32,944 nt of DNA, from positions 2,967 to 35,910 of the forward strand of contig JBBTEL010000032.1 of NCBI GenBank assembly GCA_038042325.1, read 5' to 3'. The notes beneath the pieces are model-generated. The model had not been told where the DNA came from and searched no databases. It saw nothing but the letters and a program-made list of their open reading frames with translations. Of this stretch, positions 11,041 to 20,074 are shown piece after piece (the stretch's first letter is position 1; every line of letters begins with the position of its first letter). This DNA is from Candidatus Methylomirabilota bacterium. Lineage in GTDB: Bacteria; Methylomirabilota; Methylomirabilia; Rokubacteriales; CSP1-6. The translations under genes were made by a program, and so were the position numbers.

Positions 11041-12558
11041 ATGAGTGGGCCCGGGATCCTCCTCGGCTTCGGCGCCGTCACGGCCGCCCTCGTCTGGATG
11101 GACGCCGGTCCCGCGTCGGGGTTCCGCCACCTGTACCTCGTGCCGACGCTCTGGGCGGCGCTCCGCTTCGGCGGGCTCGGCGGCGGGAGCGGAGGGCTCC
11201 TGGGCGCGCTCCTCTACGCGCCGTTCGTCCTGCCCGCGATCGAGCGAGACGGCCTGACGGCGGACGCGGTCGAGGGCTTGATCAGCCTCGGCCTGTTCCT
11301 CTTTGTGGGCAGCGTGACGGGGGCCCTGGCCCGCCGGGCGTGGACCCGGGCGGCCCGGGTTCAAATGCTCCTGTCCCTCCAGGGCGCGCTGACCGGCGGC
11401 GAGGGGCTTCGAGATCTCCTCGGAGAGGTGGTCCGGCAGCTTCAGACGGCTCTGGAAGCCGAGGCCGTGGCGATCGTTCTGGGGGGTGGCGCGGAGCCGC
11501 CCGTTGCGGCGCGGGGGGCGGAGGGAGCCGGCGCGGTCGCGGAAGATTCCGCGGCGAGGTGGGTGGTGAGGGCGGGGAAGAGCCTCTTCGTGAGCGATCT
11601 GGAGAGCGACCGGCGGTTCGGCGCGCCCTGGCGCAGCGCGGGGCCGCCCCGCCGCGCCCTGCTGGTGCCGCTCGGCGCCCGCGAGGGGCGGCTGGGGGTG
11701 CTGGTGATCGAGCGGCGCGGCGAATTCCCCCGCGAGCTGCGTGCGGCCGTCGAGACGCTGGCCCTCGCGCTGGCCCTGGGGATCGACAATGCCTGTCTCG
11801 CGGAACGCCAGCGCCGGTTCGCGGAGGAACTTGAGCAGAAGGTGGCCGCGGCGACCCGCCGGCTTCGGGAGCTCGATCGCGCGAAATCCGACTTCGTCTC
11901 CATCGTGTCCCACGAGCTCAGAACCCCCCTGACCTCGATCCAAGGATTCAGCGAGCTGCTCCTGACCCGGCCGCCGGCGGCGGAGGGGGCGCGCCGCTGT
12001 CTGGAGACGATCCACCGGGAGGCCGAGCGGCTGGGGCGCATCGTCGCCGACTTGCTCGACCTCTCGCGGATCGAGAGCGGGCGGGAGCGCGCGCTCGGGA
12101 CGGCGCCCCTGGCCCTGGGCCCGCTGGTGGACGCCAACGTGCACCTCTTCGCGTCCCAGAGCGCCGCCCACACGATCGAGCCGGACCTCCCCGCCGCGCT
12201 CCCCCCGGTCCTCGCCGATCACGACGCGCTGGACCGGGTGCTGAAGAATCTGCTCGCCAACGCCATCAAGTATTCGCCGAAGGGCGGTCCGATCCGGGTC
12301 TGGGCGCGCGTGGCCGAGGAGTCGGGCCGGGTCGAGCTCGGCGTGGAGGATCGAGGGGTCGGGATCCCCGCCGCGGCCCTCCCCCGGATCTTCGAGCGGT
12401 ACTGCCGCGTGCCCCATCCGGACACCGCCGAGGTGCGGGGGCTCGGGCTGGGGCTCGCCCTGGTCAAATCCCTCGTGGAGGCGCAGAGCGGCCGAATCCG
12501 GGTCGAGAGCCAGGTGGGAGTCGGGAGCCGCTTCATCGTGAGTCTCCCGATTGCGTAA
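11041..12558 (+). CDS. Sensor histidine kinase (membrane DUF4118-like N-terminus, GAF, HisKA, HATPase_c)
   Basis: H-box SHELRTPLTSIQGF, N-box NLLANAIKYSP, G-boxes DRGVGI and GLGLGLALV. A GAF-like segment (SLFVSDLESDRRF...LLVPLGAREGRLGVLVIERR) follows three or four N-terminal hydrophobic helices. Confidence 0.88.
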   Translation: MSGPGILLGFGAVTAALVWMDAGPASGFRHLYLVPTLWAALRFGGLGGGSGGLLGALLYAPFVLPAIERDGLTADAVEGLISLGLFLFVGSVTGALARRAWTRAARVQMLLSLQGALTGGEGLRDLLGEVVRQLQTALEAEAVAIVLGGGAEPPVAARGAEGAGAVAEDSAARWVVRAGKSLFVSDLESDRRFGAPWRSAGPPRRALLVPLGAREGRLGVLVIERRGEFPRELRAAVETLALALALGIDNACLAERQRRFAEELEQKVAAATRRLRELDRAKSDFVSIVSHELRTPLTSIQGFSELLLTRPPAAEGARRCLETIHREAERLGRIVADLLDLSRIESGRERALGTAPLALGPLVDANVHLFASQSAAHTIEPDLPAALPPVLADHDALDRVLKNLLANAIKYSPKGGPIRVWARVAEESGRVELGVEDRGVGIPAAALPRIFERYCRVPHPDTAEVRGLGLGLALVKSLVEAQSGRIRVESQVGVGSRFIVSLPIA

Positions 12559-12577
12559 ATTTCTCGCGGACGTTGCC

Positions 12578-12607
12578 TTGACACCCCGAAGGCCACCCGT
12601 GTAGTCT
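12578..12607 (+). promoter_or_regulatory. Candidate promoter upstream of the DUF507 pair
   Basis: TTGACA (12578-12583), 18 nt, TAGTCT (12602-12607), about 35 nt before the first ATG. Confidence 0.3.
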
Positions 12608-12642
12608 GTGGGCGGACTGGGATCCGGTGTTGAACCAACGAG

Positions 12643-12924
12643 ATGCTGAGACGCGAAGCAGCGATGGCTGAGCGGATGGCCGATGCCGTGGTGAAACGGC
12701 TGTTGGTGAAAAAGCTCGTGGAGACCAAGGATGAGGCCGCGGCCCGGGGGGCCGTCCGCAAAGTGCTGATGGACAACCTCCAGGCCGAGGAGCGGCTGGA
12801 CGCCGAGGCCCGGCAGATCCTGATGGAGCACACCAAGGAGATCCGGGACACCGCGGTCGACTACGCCCGCCTCCTGGCGATGGTCAAGGGGAAGCTCGCC
12901 CGGGAGCGGGGGTTCATCCTCTGA
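12643..12924 (+). CDS. DUF507-like small protein (paralogue 1)
   Basis: 93 aa, helical and charged. The pattern resembles DUF507 proteins as I remember them and the protein is paralogous to the next ORF. The start could instead be the internal Met 8 or Met 12. Confidence 0.6.
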   Translation: MLRREAAMAERMADAVVKRLLVKKLVETKDEAAARGAVRKVLMDNLQAEERLDAEARQILMEHTKEIRDTAVDYARLLAMVKGKLARERGFIL

Positions 12925-13214
12925 TGCGCCTGAGCCGGGAGCGCATCTTCTACCTGGCCGACCGGATCATCGCCGAGCTCCAGGCGACCGAGGGTGTGGT
13001 GGTGAAGGACGGCGACGAGGAGGCCCGGAAAGACGTGCGGAACGAGGTGGTGCGGACCCTCACCGACGAGGCCAAGCTGGAAGAGTCCATCGACCAGGAG
13101 GTCCGCCGGATTCTCTCCTCCTATTCGCGGCCGGCCCCCGAGGGGAGCCGCGAGTGGGAGGTGCTGCACAACAAGACGCGCGAAGAAGTGTTCCGGAAGC
13201 GCTTCCGCCTCTAG
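12924..13214 (+). CDS. DUF507-like small protein (paralogue 2)
   Basis: 96 aa, MRLSRERIFYLADRIIAELQ...EESIDQEVRRILSSY. The start ATG shares one base with the preceding TGA (TGATG), suggesting translational coupling. Confidence 0.65.
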   Translation: MRLSRERIFYLADRIIAELQATEGVVVKDGDEEARKDVRNEVVRTLTDEAKLEESIDQEVRRILSSYSRPAPEGSREWEVLHNKTREEVFRKRFRL

Positions 13215-13230
13215 CCCCGCGAGCACGATC

Positions 13231-13839
13231 ATGACGGACGCCAGGCGGATTGTCGTGGGCATCACGGGGGCCACCGGGGCGATCTACGGCATCCGGCTCC
13301 TCGAGCTGCTCCGCGGGTTCCCCGAGGTCGAGTCGCACCTGGTGATCTCGGGCCCGGGTAAACGGACCATCGTCGAGGAGACCGAGTACACCGTCGCCGA
13401 GGTGGAGGCGCTCGCGCACCGGCCCTACGACGACAAGGACATCGGCGCCGCCCTGGCCTCGGGCTCTTTCCGCACCGACGGCATGGTGATTGCCCCGTGC
13501 AGCATCAAGACGGCGTCCGCCGTGGCGCACTGCCATACGGACACCCTCCTGTCACGGGCGGCGGACGTCACCCTGAAGGAGCGCCGGCCGCTAGTCTTGT
13601 TAGTCCGGGAGACGCCCCTGCACGCCGGCCATCTCCGGTGCCTCCTGGCGCTCGCCGAGATGGGCGCGGTGGTGCTCCCGCCCATGCCCGCCTTCTACAA
13701 CCGGCCGAAGCAGATCGAGGACCTGGTCACCCACACTCTGGCCCGCGCGCTGGACCACCTCCGGCTCACGCACCGGCTCACGGAGGAGTGGAAGGGCACG
13801 CATCCGCGGCCACCCCGATTCGATCCTCCCGGTGCCTAG
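13231..13839 (+). CDS. ubiX: Flavin prenyltransferase UbiX
   Basis: RIVVGITGATGAIYGIRLLE, MVIAPCSIKT and LVLLVRETPLH are typical UbiX/Pad1 blocks. 202 aa. Confidence 0.92.
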   Translation: MTDARRIVVGITGATGAIYGIRLLELLRGFPEVESHLVISGPGKRTIVEETEYTVAEVEALAHRPYDDKDIGAALASGSFRTDGMVIAPCSIKTASAVAHCHTDTLLSRAADVTLKERRPLVLLVRETPLHAGHLRCLLALAEMGAVVLPPMPAFYNRPKQIEDLVTHTLARALDHLRLTHRLTEEWKGTHPRPPRFDPPGA

Positions 13840-14590
13840 CAGCCCATCGTCCGGCTCCACCCTCGATCTCTCCCTGGTCATCCCCGTGTACAACGAGGAG
13901 GCCAACCTGCCGCTCCTCTGGCCCGAGATCCGGGAAGTCCTCGATCCGGCCGGCCTTCGCTACGAGATCGTCTTCGTGGACGATGGGAGCCGGGACCGGA
14001 GCGCGGAGGTGATTCGTGGATTCCGCGAGCGCGATCCCCGCGTGAGGCTCGTCCGGCTCAAGGTCAACTCGGGGGAGTCGGCGGCCACCGACGCCGGGTT
14101 CAAGGCGGCCCGCGGGCGCTGGGTCGTCACCATGGACGCGGACCTCCAGAACGACCCCCACGACATCCCGACGCTGCTCAGCCACCTCGACCGGTGGGAC
14201 GCGGTGACGGGCTGGCGGACGCGCCGGGAGGATCCGTGGATCCGCAAGGTCTCCTCCCGCATCGCCAATTGGGTCCGGAACATGATCAGCGGCGACTCGA
14301 TCCAGGACAGCGGCTGCACCTTCCGGGCCTTCCGCCGCGAATGTCTCCGGGGGCTCACGCTCTACCGGGGGTTCCACCGCTTCATTCCCACGCTCCTTCG
14401 GCTGCAGGGCTTCCGCGTGCTCGAGGTCCCCGTCAACCACCGGCCGCGGCGCTTCGGGGAGTCCAAGTACGGGATCGCCAACCGGGCCTTCAGCGCGTTC
14501 CGGGATCTCCTCGTCGTGCGCTGGATGGCGCATCGCCACCTCCGCTATCAGGTGATCGAGGATCTGGGCGGCGAGGGGCCCCCGGAGTGA
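13832..14590 (+). CDS. GT2 family glycosyltransferase (polyprenyl-phosphate sugar transferase-like)
   Basis: LSLVIPVYNEE, VFVDDGSRD and TMDADLQNDP (the DxD region). GTG start overlapping the ubiX stop by 8 nt. Confidence 0.88.
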   Translation: MPSSPSSGSTLDLSLVIPVYNEEANLPLLWPEIREVLDPAGLRYEIVFVDDGSRDRSAEVIRGFRERDPRVRLVRLKVNSGESAATDAGFKAARGRWVVTMDADLQNDPHDIPTLLSHLDRWDAVTGWRTRREDPWIRKVSSRIANWVRNMISGDSIQDSGCTFRAFRRECLRGLTLYRGFHRFIPTLLRLQGFRVLEVPVNHRPRRFGESKYGIANRAFSAFRDLLVVRWMAHRHLRYQVIEDLGGEGPPE

Positions 14591-14594
14591 GGGG

Positions 14595-15566
14595 GTGAAC
14601 GTCCTGCTGATCGGCCTGGGCCGCTGGGGGGAAAAGCACCTCCGGGGGCTCTCCGAACTCGGGGTGACCGTGTGGGCCGCCGACGTGTCTCCCGAGCGTC
14701 GCGCCTGGGCGGCCAAGAACGGCGTGGATCCCTCCCGCGTCGTCGCCGACTTCACGACGGCGCTGGGCCGCGTGGACGCGGTGGACATCGTCACCCCCGC
14801 TGATAATCATCTCGAGATTGCGACTCACTGCCTCAGCGCAGGCAAGGGCTGTTTCGTGGAGAAGCCCCTCGCCCTGACGGTGGCGGAGGCGCGGCAGCTC
14901 GTCGAGGTGGTCAAGGCCACGGGGATGGTCCTCCAAGTCGGTCATATCTTCCGCTTTCACCCTGTGACCGACGCGCTCCAACGCTGCCTGGCGGAGGGCC
15001 GCGTGGGCCCCGTCCGGTACGTCACCGCCCGCTTCGCCGGCTTCAAGCGCCCCCGCCCGGACGTGGGCGTCACCCAAACCGACGCCATCCACTTCTTCGA
15101 CCTCTTCGCCCACCTGCTCGGCCGGGCGCCGACCGCCGTGACGGCCACCCTCCGGGATTATCTGGGCCGCGGCCTGGACGATCTGGCCTTTGTGACCGTC
15201 GAGTACGGGGAGGTGCCGGCGTTCGTGGAAGCGGGCTACTTCGTCCCGGGCACCCATCGCGACTGCCTGATCGTGGGCGAGCGCGGGAGCCTGGTGGCCG
15301 ACTTCGGCCGCTCCGTCGTCACGGTCTTCGGCCACCAGCACCAACGGGCCGGGGGGCAGTGGACGGCCCGGGAGGGCGAGCAGGAAGAGGTGAAGGCGGC
15401 GGGGGAGGAGCCGCTGCGCCGGGAACTCGAGGAGTTCCTAGATGCCGTTGCGGGACACCGACGGCCGGCCGTCGATGTCCAGGCGGGGCTCCAGGCACTC
15501 AGGGTGGTGGAGGCGGCCCAGCGCTCCTCGCGCCTGGGCCGGCGCGTCAGCCTCGACGAAGTCTAG
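14595..15566 (+). CDS. Gfo/Idh/MocA family NAD(P)-dependent oxidoreductase
   Basis: N-terminal Rossmann motif MNVLLIGLGRWGEKH and EKPLALT, the conserved EKP motif. 323 aa. Confidence 0.85.
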   Translation: MNVLLIGLGRWGEKHLRGLSELGVTVWAADVSPERRAWAAKNGVDPSRVVADFTTALGRVDAVDIVTPADNHLEIATHCLSAGKGCFVEKPLALTVAEARQLVEVVKATGMVLQVGHIFRFHPVTDALQRCLAEGRVGPVRYVTARFAGFKRPRPDVGVTQTDAIHFFDLFAHLLGRAPTAVTATLRDYLGRGLDDLAFVTVEYGEVPAFVEAGYFVPGTHRDCLIVGERGSLVADFGRSVVTVFGHQHQRAGGQWTAREGEQEEVKAAGEEPLRRELEEFLDAVAGHRRPAVDVQAGLQALRVVEAAQRSSRLGRRVSLDEV

Positions 15567-15576
15567 GGCTTGGGTT

Positions 15577-16647
15577 TCAGGCGGGGTTGAACAGCCGCAC
15601 CAGCTCGTAGGCGGCCACGGGCTTGGAGCGGCCCCGGAGCTCGATCTCGCCGAACTTCCGGGCGGCTACGAGCTCCTCCACCAGGGTGTGGGTCGTCTCG
15701 CCGATCAGAATCTGGCCCGGCCCCGCGCGCTCCTCAAGGCGTGCCGCGACGTTCACGGCGTCGCCGATCACGGTGTAGTTCATCAGCCGCTCCGAGCCCA
15801 GGTTGCCGACGATGACCTCCCCGGAGTTGATCCCGACCGCGAGGCCGAGCTGGGCGCGGGGTCCCTCGCCCCACTCGCTCTTGAGCGCCTGGAAGGCTTC
15901 CCGCATCTCCACCGCCGTCCGGACGGCGTTCAGGGCGTCGTTGTCGGAGGCGATGGGCGCGCCGTAGAAGGCCATCAGGCCGTCCCCCAGGTACTTGTCG
16001 AAGGTGCCGTGGTTGTCGGCGACGATCTTGGTCAGTTGCGAGAAGGTCTGGTTCAGGGTCTCCATGACGTGTTCGGGGGGCACGGCGTCGGCGAACGCGG
16101 TAAACCCGGTCAGGTCGGCGAAAAGAATCGTGACGAAGTCGCGCACGCCGCCGAGCTTCAGGAGGCTCGAGTCCTCCAGGATCTTCGCCACCACCTCTTC
16201 GGGCAGGTAGCGGTTCAGGATCTTCTCCAGCAGCGCGTTCTTCTCGATGACCTGCTGGCGGTAGATCTTGGCCTTCACCAGGGCCCTGACCCGCGTCTGG
16301 AGCTCCACCGTGTCCACGGGCTTGGTGAGGAACTCGTCGGCGCCCGACTCGATCCCCCGCACCTTGTCGGCCACCTCATGGAGCGCCGTGAGCATCATGA
16401 CCGGGATGTTGCGGGTCTGCTCCCACTTCTTGAGGCGGCGGCAGACCTCGAAGCCGTCCTTGCCCGGCATCATGACGTCGAGGAGGATCAGGTCGGGGTT
16501 CGCCTCGGCCACCTTCAGGAGGGCCTCGTCCCCGTCGTAGGCGACGACCACGGTGTAGTCGGCCGCCTCCAGCACCTCGCGCAGGAGCTCCACATTGTCG
16601 GGGTTGTCGTCGGCGACCAGGACGGTCGCCTTGAACTCCTCAGCCAT
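15577..16647 (-). CDS. Response-regulator receiver fused to a class III adenylate/guanylate cyclase
   Basis: Receiver: VLVADDNPDN...DLILLDVMMPGKDG...KP. Cyclase: TILFADLTGFTAF, KYLGDGLMAFYGAP and YTVIGDAVNVAARLE. The ATG at 16647 is preferred (GGAGGG 6 nt upstream) and overlaps the preceding gene by 8 nt. Confidence 0.88.
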   Translation of the reverse strand: MAEEFKATVLVADDNPDNVELLREVLEAADYTVVVAYDGDEALLKVAEANPDLILLDVMMPGKDGFEVCRRLKKWEQTRNIPVMMLTALHEVADKVRGIESGADEFLTKPVDTVELQTRVRALVKAKIYRQQVIEKNALLEKILNRYLPEEVVAKILEDSSLLKLGGVRDFVTILFADLTGFTAFADAVPPEHVMETLNQTFSQLTKIVADNHGTFDKYLGDGLMAFYGAPIASDNDALNAVRTAVEMREAFQALKSEWGEGPRAQLGLAVGINSGEVIVGNLGSERLMNYTVIGDAVNVAARLEERAGPGQILIGETTHTLVEELVAARKFGEIELRGRSKPVAAYELVRLFNPA

Positions 16648-17017
16648 GTTTGCCCTCCAGCATTTTGGTGACGGCCGGGACAAAATTGGGGACGTCGATG
16701 GGCTTGGTCATGAACTCGTCGCACCCCGCGTCGAGGGTTTTCTCCCGGTCGCCCTGCATGGCGTGGGCGGTCAGGGCGACGATGAGCGTGGAGCGAAAGT
16801 CGGGGAGTTGGCGCAGCGTCCGCGCGACGGTCCAGCCGTCGATCGCCGGCAGGGACATGTCGAGCAGGATGAGGTCCGGATGATGGGCCTGGGCCTGGGC
16901 CAGCGCCTCGCGCCCGTCCCGGGCCTCGACCACGCGGTAGTCCGCCATCTCCAGGAGGTTCTTGATGAGGATCAGGTTGTCCTCGATGTCTTCGACGATC
17001 AGCACCAGAGGCGCCAT
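16640..17017 (-). CDS. Single-domain response regulator (receiver)
   Basis: LVLIVEDIEDN...DLILLDMSLPAIDG...ALTAHAM...MTKP. The ATG at 17015-17017 shares one base with the kinase stop (TGATG); a GTG at 17020 is an alternative start. Confidence 0.88.
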   Translation of the reverse strand: MAPLVLIVEDIEDNLILIKNLLEMADYRVVEARDGREALAQAQAHHPDLILLDMSLPAIDGWTVARTLRQLPDFRSTLIVALTAHAMQGDREKTLDAGCDEFMTKPIDVPNFVPAVTKMLEGKHG

Positions 17018-19770
17018 CACACCCCCGCCGGGTGCCGCGAGATGGCGCTCTGAACGTCGTCGATGAGCTGGTCGAGCGAGACCTGTCCCTTCTGGAAGAG
17101 CGCCTGGATCTTGCCGTCGAGCGCGGCCCGCTCCCGCTGGTTGAGATCCTTGGCGGTGAGGATGACGACGGGGATGTCCTTGGTGGTCGGCTCGCTCCGC
17201 AGCTGGGCGAGCGTCTCGAAGCCGTCCATGACGGGCATCATCAGGTCCAGGACGATGAGGCGGGGAATCTGCTGCTTCACCGCCTGGAGCGCCTGTTTGC
17301 CGTTGTACGCGATGGCCACCGTGAAGTCCTTGACCTCCAGCGCCTCCTTTACCACCACCGCCGATTCGTGATCGTCGTCCACCACGAGGATGTACCCCGA
17401 GCCCGGCCCGATGCTGAGGCGGTTCAGCGTCTGGAAGAGGCCGTCCCGGTGGACGGGCTTGACCAGGTAATCCGCGGCGCCGAGCGAGAACCCCAGCGAC
17501 TTGTTGTCCACGGAGCTCATGATGACAACGGGGATCCCGGCCGTGATGGTGTTGGCCTTGAGGTCGTGCAGGACCTCCCAGCCGTCCTTGTTCGGCATGC
17601 GGATGTCCAGCAGGATGAGGTCGGGCCGGGCCTCCCGCGCGAGCCGGAGCCCCTCGTCGCCGTCCAGGGCGCGCAGGAATTCCACGCCGGTCTCCTTGAG
17701 GGTCTCCACGATGAGCGTGTGGATCTCCGGATCGTCGTCGATGACCAGGATCCGGCGCTTCCCCTCGAGCACGGCCGGCTTGGGCGCCGCCTTGGCGGGC
17801 GCGGGCATCGGCGGGAGCGTGACGGTTTCGGCCTCTTCGCCCGCGGCGACCAGCGGGAGCGTCACGGTGAACGTGGAGCCCTCGCCCAGCCGGCTCTCGA
17901 CCGAGATGCTCCCTCCCATGGCTTCGACCAGCCGCTTGGTGATCGCCAGGCCGAGCCCGGTGCCTTCGTACTTGCGTGTGAGGGACGTGTCGGCCTGGTA
18001 GAACTCGGTGAAGAGGTTGGCCAGGTCCTTGGTGGTCATGCCGATCCCGGTGTCCCGCACCTCGATCCGCACGCGGTTCGGGTCCAGGAGCCTAGCGGTG
18101 AGGGTCACGCCGCCCTCGTGGGTGAATTTGACCGCGTTGGAGAGGAGGTTGTTCAGGATCTGCATGAGCCGGACTTCGTCGGCTTGCAGCGTGGGGATCT
18201 CCGGGTCGATCTCCGCCTTCAGGGAAATCTTCTTCTCCAGCGCCTTGAACTCGAGGTTGCCGACCGCGGAGCCGATGAGGATCTTGACATTGACGGGCCC
18301 GAGCTTCAGCGTCATGCGATCGGCTTCGATCTTGGAGAGGTCGAGGATGTCGTTGATCAGCTGGAGGAGGTTCTTGGCGTTCCGCACGACGCGCCCCAGG
18401 GCGTCCTTCTGCTTGTCCGTGATCTGGCCGAAGGAGCCGGAGAGCACGAGGTCGCTGAAGCCGATGATCGAGTTGAGCGGGGTGCGGAGCTCGTGGGACA
18501 TCTTGGCGAGGAAGTCGGACTTGCTCTTGTGCATCCGGATCAGGTCCTCGTTGGCGCGCCCCAGCTCCTCGGATTTCAGCGTGAGGTCCTGGGTCCGGTC
18601 GGCGACCTTCTGCTCGAGGGTCGCAAAGCTTTCCCGGATCTGCTCGGCCATGGTCTGGAAGCTGGCCGCCAGCCGGGCAATCTCGTCCTTGCCTTTGACC
18701 TCGATCGGCGCGTCGAGGCGGCCGGCCCCGATCTCCTCCGCCGCGGTCATGAGCATGCGGAGGCTCCGGGTCAGGCGCGTGGCCAGGAAGAACGCCCCGA
18801 CCGCCGTCAGGATAATCAGCGCCGCCGACACGACGAGGTAGTTCCGGAGGGCTCCGAAGACGCGGGTCTCGGCGGGTTGATCCAGCGGCAGCAGGGTCAG
18901 CACGCGCAGGCCGGTCCCCGGGATCGAGGCGTGGGCGAAGATATAGCGCGTCCCGGCCAGAGTACCGCGGCCGTTGCCGGACCGGCCTTCCCGGAGGTTC
19001 TCCAGCACCCGCTTGCGCTGCTCGGCGTCCTCGAAGAAGAAGTAGGAGAGGGGCACGCGCCGGCTCCCGCTCGCCGTCTGCCCCCGGAGCTCGAGCGGGA
19101 TGAGGAGCTTGCCCTGGTCGTTGGCGAGCCCCGTGTGGTAGAGGTTCCCCGACAGCAGCCCCTCGAAGGGCGCCGTGAAGTCCCGGGTGGTCGTCCACAC
19201 CATGACGCTCCAGCCGGGGGCCCCACGGGGCACCTGCGCCGTCGCCAGGAGGAATTCAGGCCCCACCGAGACCGGCCGGAGCGCGACATTCTCGGCGGCC
19301 TGGGCCAGCGGGAACAGGGCGGCGTGGATGGCGGACATCCGTTCCCGCGGGACCTCGCGGTTCAGGACCTCCGCGAACCGGGCGCCCGAAAAGGCCAGGA
19401 GCCCTTCCAGCTCCGGGTGCAGGCCCAGGAACTCGCGGGCCAGGGCCCGGCAGGGGGCCGGGAGGTCCCCCTTCGTGGTCAGGCACTTGCCCTCCTGAAG
19501 CCGCGCCGTCAGGAACGTGAGCTGGCGGGTGTGCCGCTGGCCGACGGGGGTCAGGGCGCGAACCACCGATTCGTTGTGGGCGAGCGCCGTCTTCCAGAAA
19601 CGGAGGGCCGCGCGCTCCTCCACCTCTTCGCGGCCGTAATAGATGAGGTCTTCCCAGCGCAGGCCGCCCAGGGAGGAGACCAGGGTGTTGATCCAGAACA
19701 CGGCGGAAAACAGCAGGGGAGCCGCGATCAGGAGGCAGATGAGGATTGTCAGCTTGGTTCGGATCGACAC
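17017..19770 (-). CDS. Hybrid sensor histidine kinase (TM, ~280-aa extracytoplasmic domain, TM, HAMP, HisKA, HATPase_c, two receivers)
   Basis: H-box SHELRTPLNSIIGF, N-box NLLSNAVKFT, G-boxes DTGIGM and GTGLGLAI. Two receiver modules are present (ILVIDDDPE...LLDIRMPNKDG and ILVVDDDHE...VLDLMMPVMDG). GTG start. Confidence 0.92.
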   Translation of the reverse strand: MSIRTKLTILICLLIAAPLLFSAVFWINTLVSSLGGLRWEDLIYYGREEVEERAALRFWKTALAHNESVVRALTPVGQRHTRQLTFLTARLQEGKCLTTKGDLPAPCRALAREFLGLHPELEGLLAFSGARFAEVLNREVPRERMSAIHAALFPLAQAAENVALRPVSVGPEFLLATAQVPRGAPGWSVMVWTTTRDFTAPFEGLLSGNLYHTGLANDQGKLLIPLELRGQTASGSRRVPLSYFFFEDAEQRKRVLENLREGRSGNGRGTLAGTRYIFAHASIPGTGLRVLTLLPLDQPAETRVFGALRNYLVVSAALIILTAVGAFFLATRLTRSLRMLMTAAEEIGAGRLDAPIEVKGKDEIARLAASFQTMAEQIRESFATLEQKVADRTQDLTLKSEELGRANEDLIRMHKSKSDFLAKMSHELRTPLNSIIGFSDLVLSGSFGQITDKQKDALGRVVRNAKNLLQLINDILDLSKIEADRMTLKLGPVNVKILIGSAVGNLEFKALEKKISLKAEIDPEIPTLQADEVRLMQILNNLLSNAVKFTHEGGVTLTARLLDPNRVRIEVRDTGIGMTTKDLANLFTEFYQADTSLTRKYEGTGLGLAITKRLVEAMGGSISVESRLGEGSTFTVTLPLVAAGEEAETVTLPPMPAPAKAAPKPAVLEGKRRILVIDDDPEIHTLIVETLKETGVEFLRALDGDEGLRLAREARPDLILLDIRMPNKDGWEVLHDLKANTITAGIPVVIMSSVDNKSLGFSLGAADYLVKPVHRDGLFQTLNRLSIGPGSGYILVVDDDHESAVVVKEALEVKDFTVAIAYNGKQALQAVKQQIPRLIVLDLMMPVMDGFETLAQLRSEPTTKDIPVVILTAKDLNQRERAALDGKIQALFQKGQVSLDQLIDDVQSAISRHPAGV

Positions 19771-19774
19771 GGCC

Positions 19775-19996
19775 CTACCATCCCAATCCGTCGCGCTTCG
19801 GCGCGTCCATGCGGCCGCCCTCGGCCTCTTTGCGCGCGGGCTCGTACGAGCCGTCGAGCCAGTCTCGGAGGGCGTGGAGAATCACCCAGCGAATGTTTCG
19901 CCCCTCAGCCTTGGCCTTGGCCGTCACCGACTCCCACAAGTCGGGGGGGATGCTGCGAAGGTAGTAGGCGCTCGTCTTGTTCTTCTGGCCGCTCAT
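19775..19996 (-). CDS. Small ribbon-helix-helix (Arc/CopG-like) DNA-binding protein
   Basis: Internal ATG of ORF 19775-20092. The predicted beta-strand AYYLRSIP is followed by two helices, PDLWESVTAKAKAEG and NIRWVILHALRDWL. Its stop lies 4 nt before the kinase GTG. Confidence 0.6.
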   Translation of the reverse strand: MSGQKNKTSAYYLRSIPPDLWESVTAKAKAEGRNIRWVILHALRDWLDGSYEPARKEAEGGRMDAPKRDGLGW

Positions 19997-20000
19997 CTGC

Positions 20001-20027
20001 CTGATCACCCGGTGATGATCAGCTGAT
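20001..20027. promoter_or_regulatory. Operator-like TGATCA-type inverted repeats just upstream of the RHH gene
   Basis: CTGATCA (20001-20007), 8 nt, TGATCAG (20016-20022), overlapping a perfect 10-bp palindrome ATCAGCTGAT (20018-20027). Located 5-30 nt upstream of the ATG at 19996. Confidence 0.35.
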
Positions 20028-20074
20028 AGCACACGCGATGCCAATGAGAAACACCTGCAAAAACAAGTGGTTGT

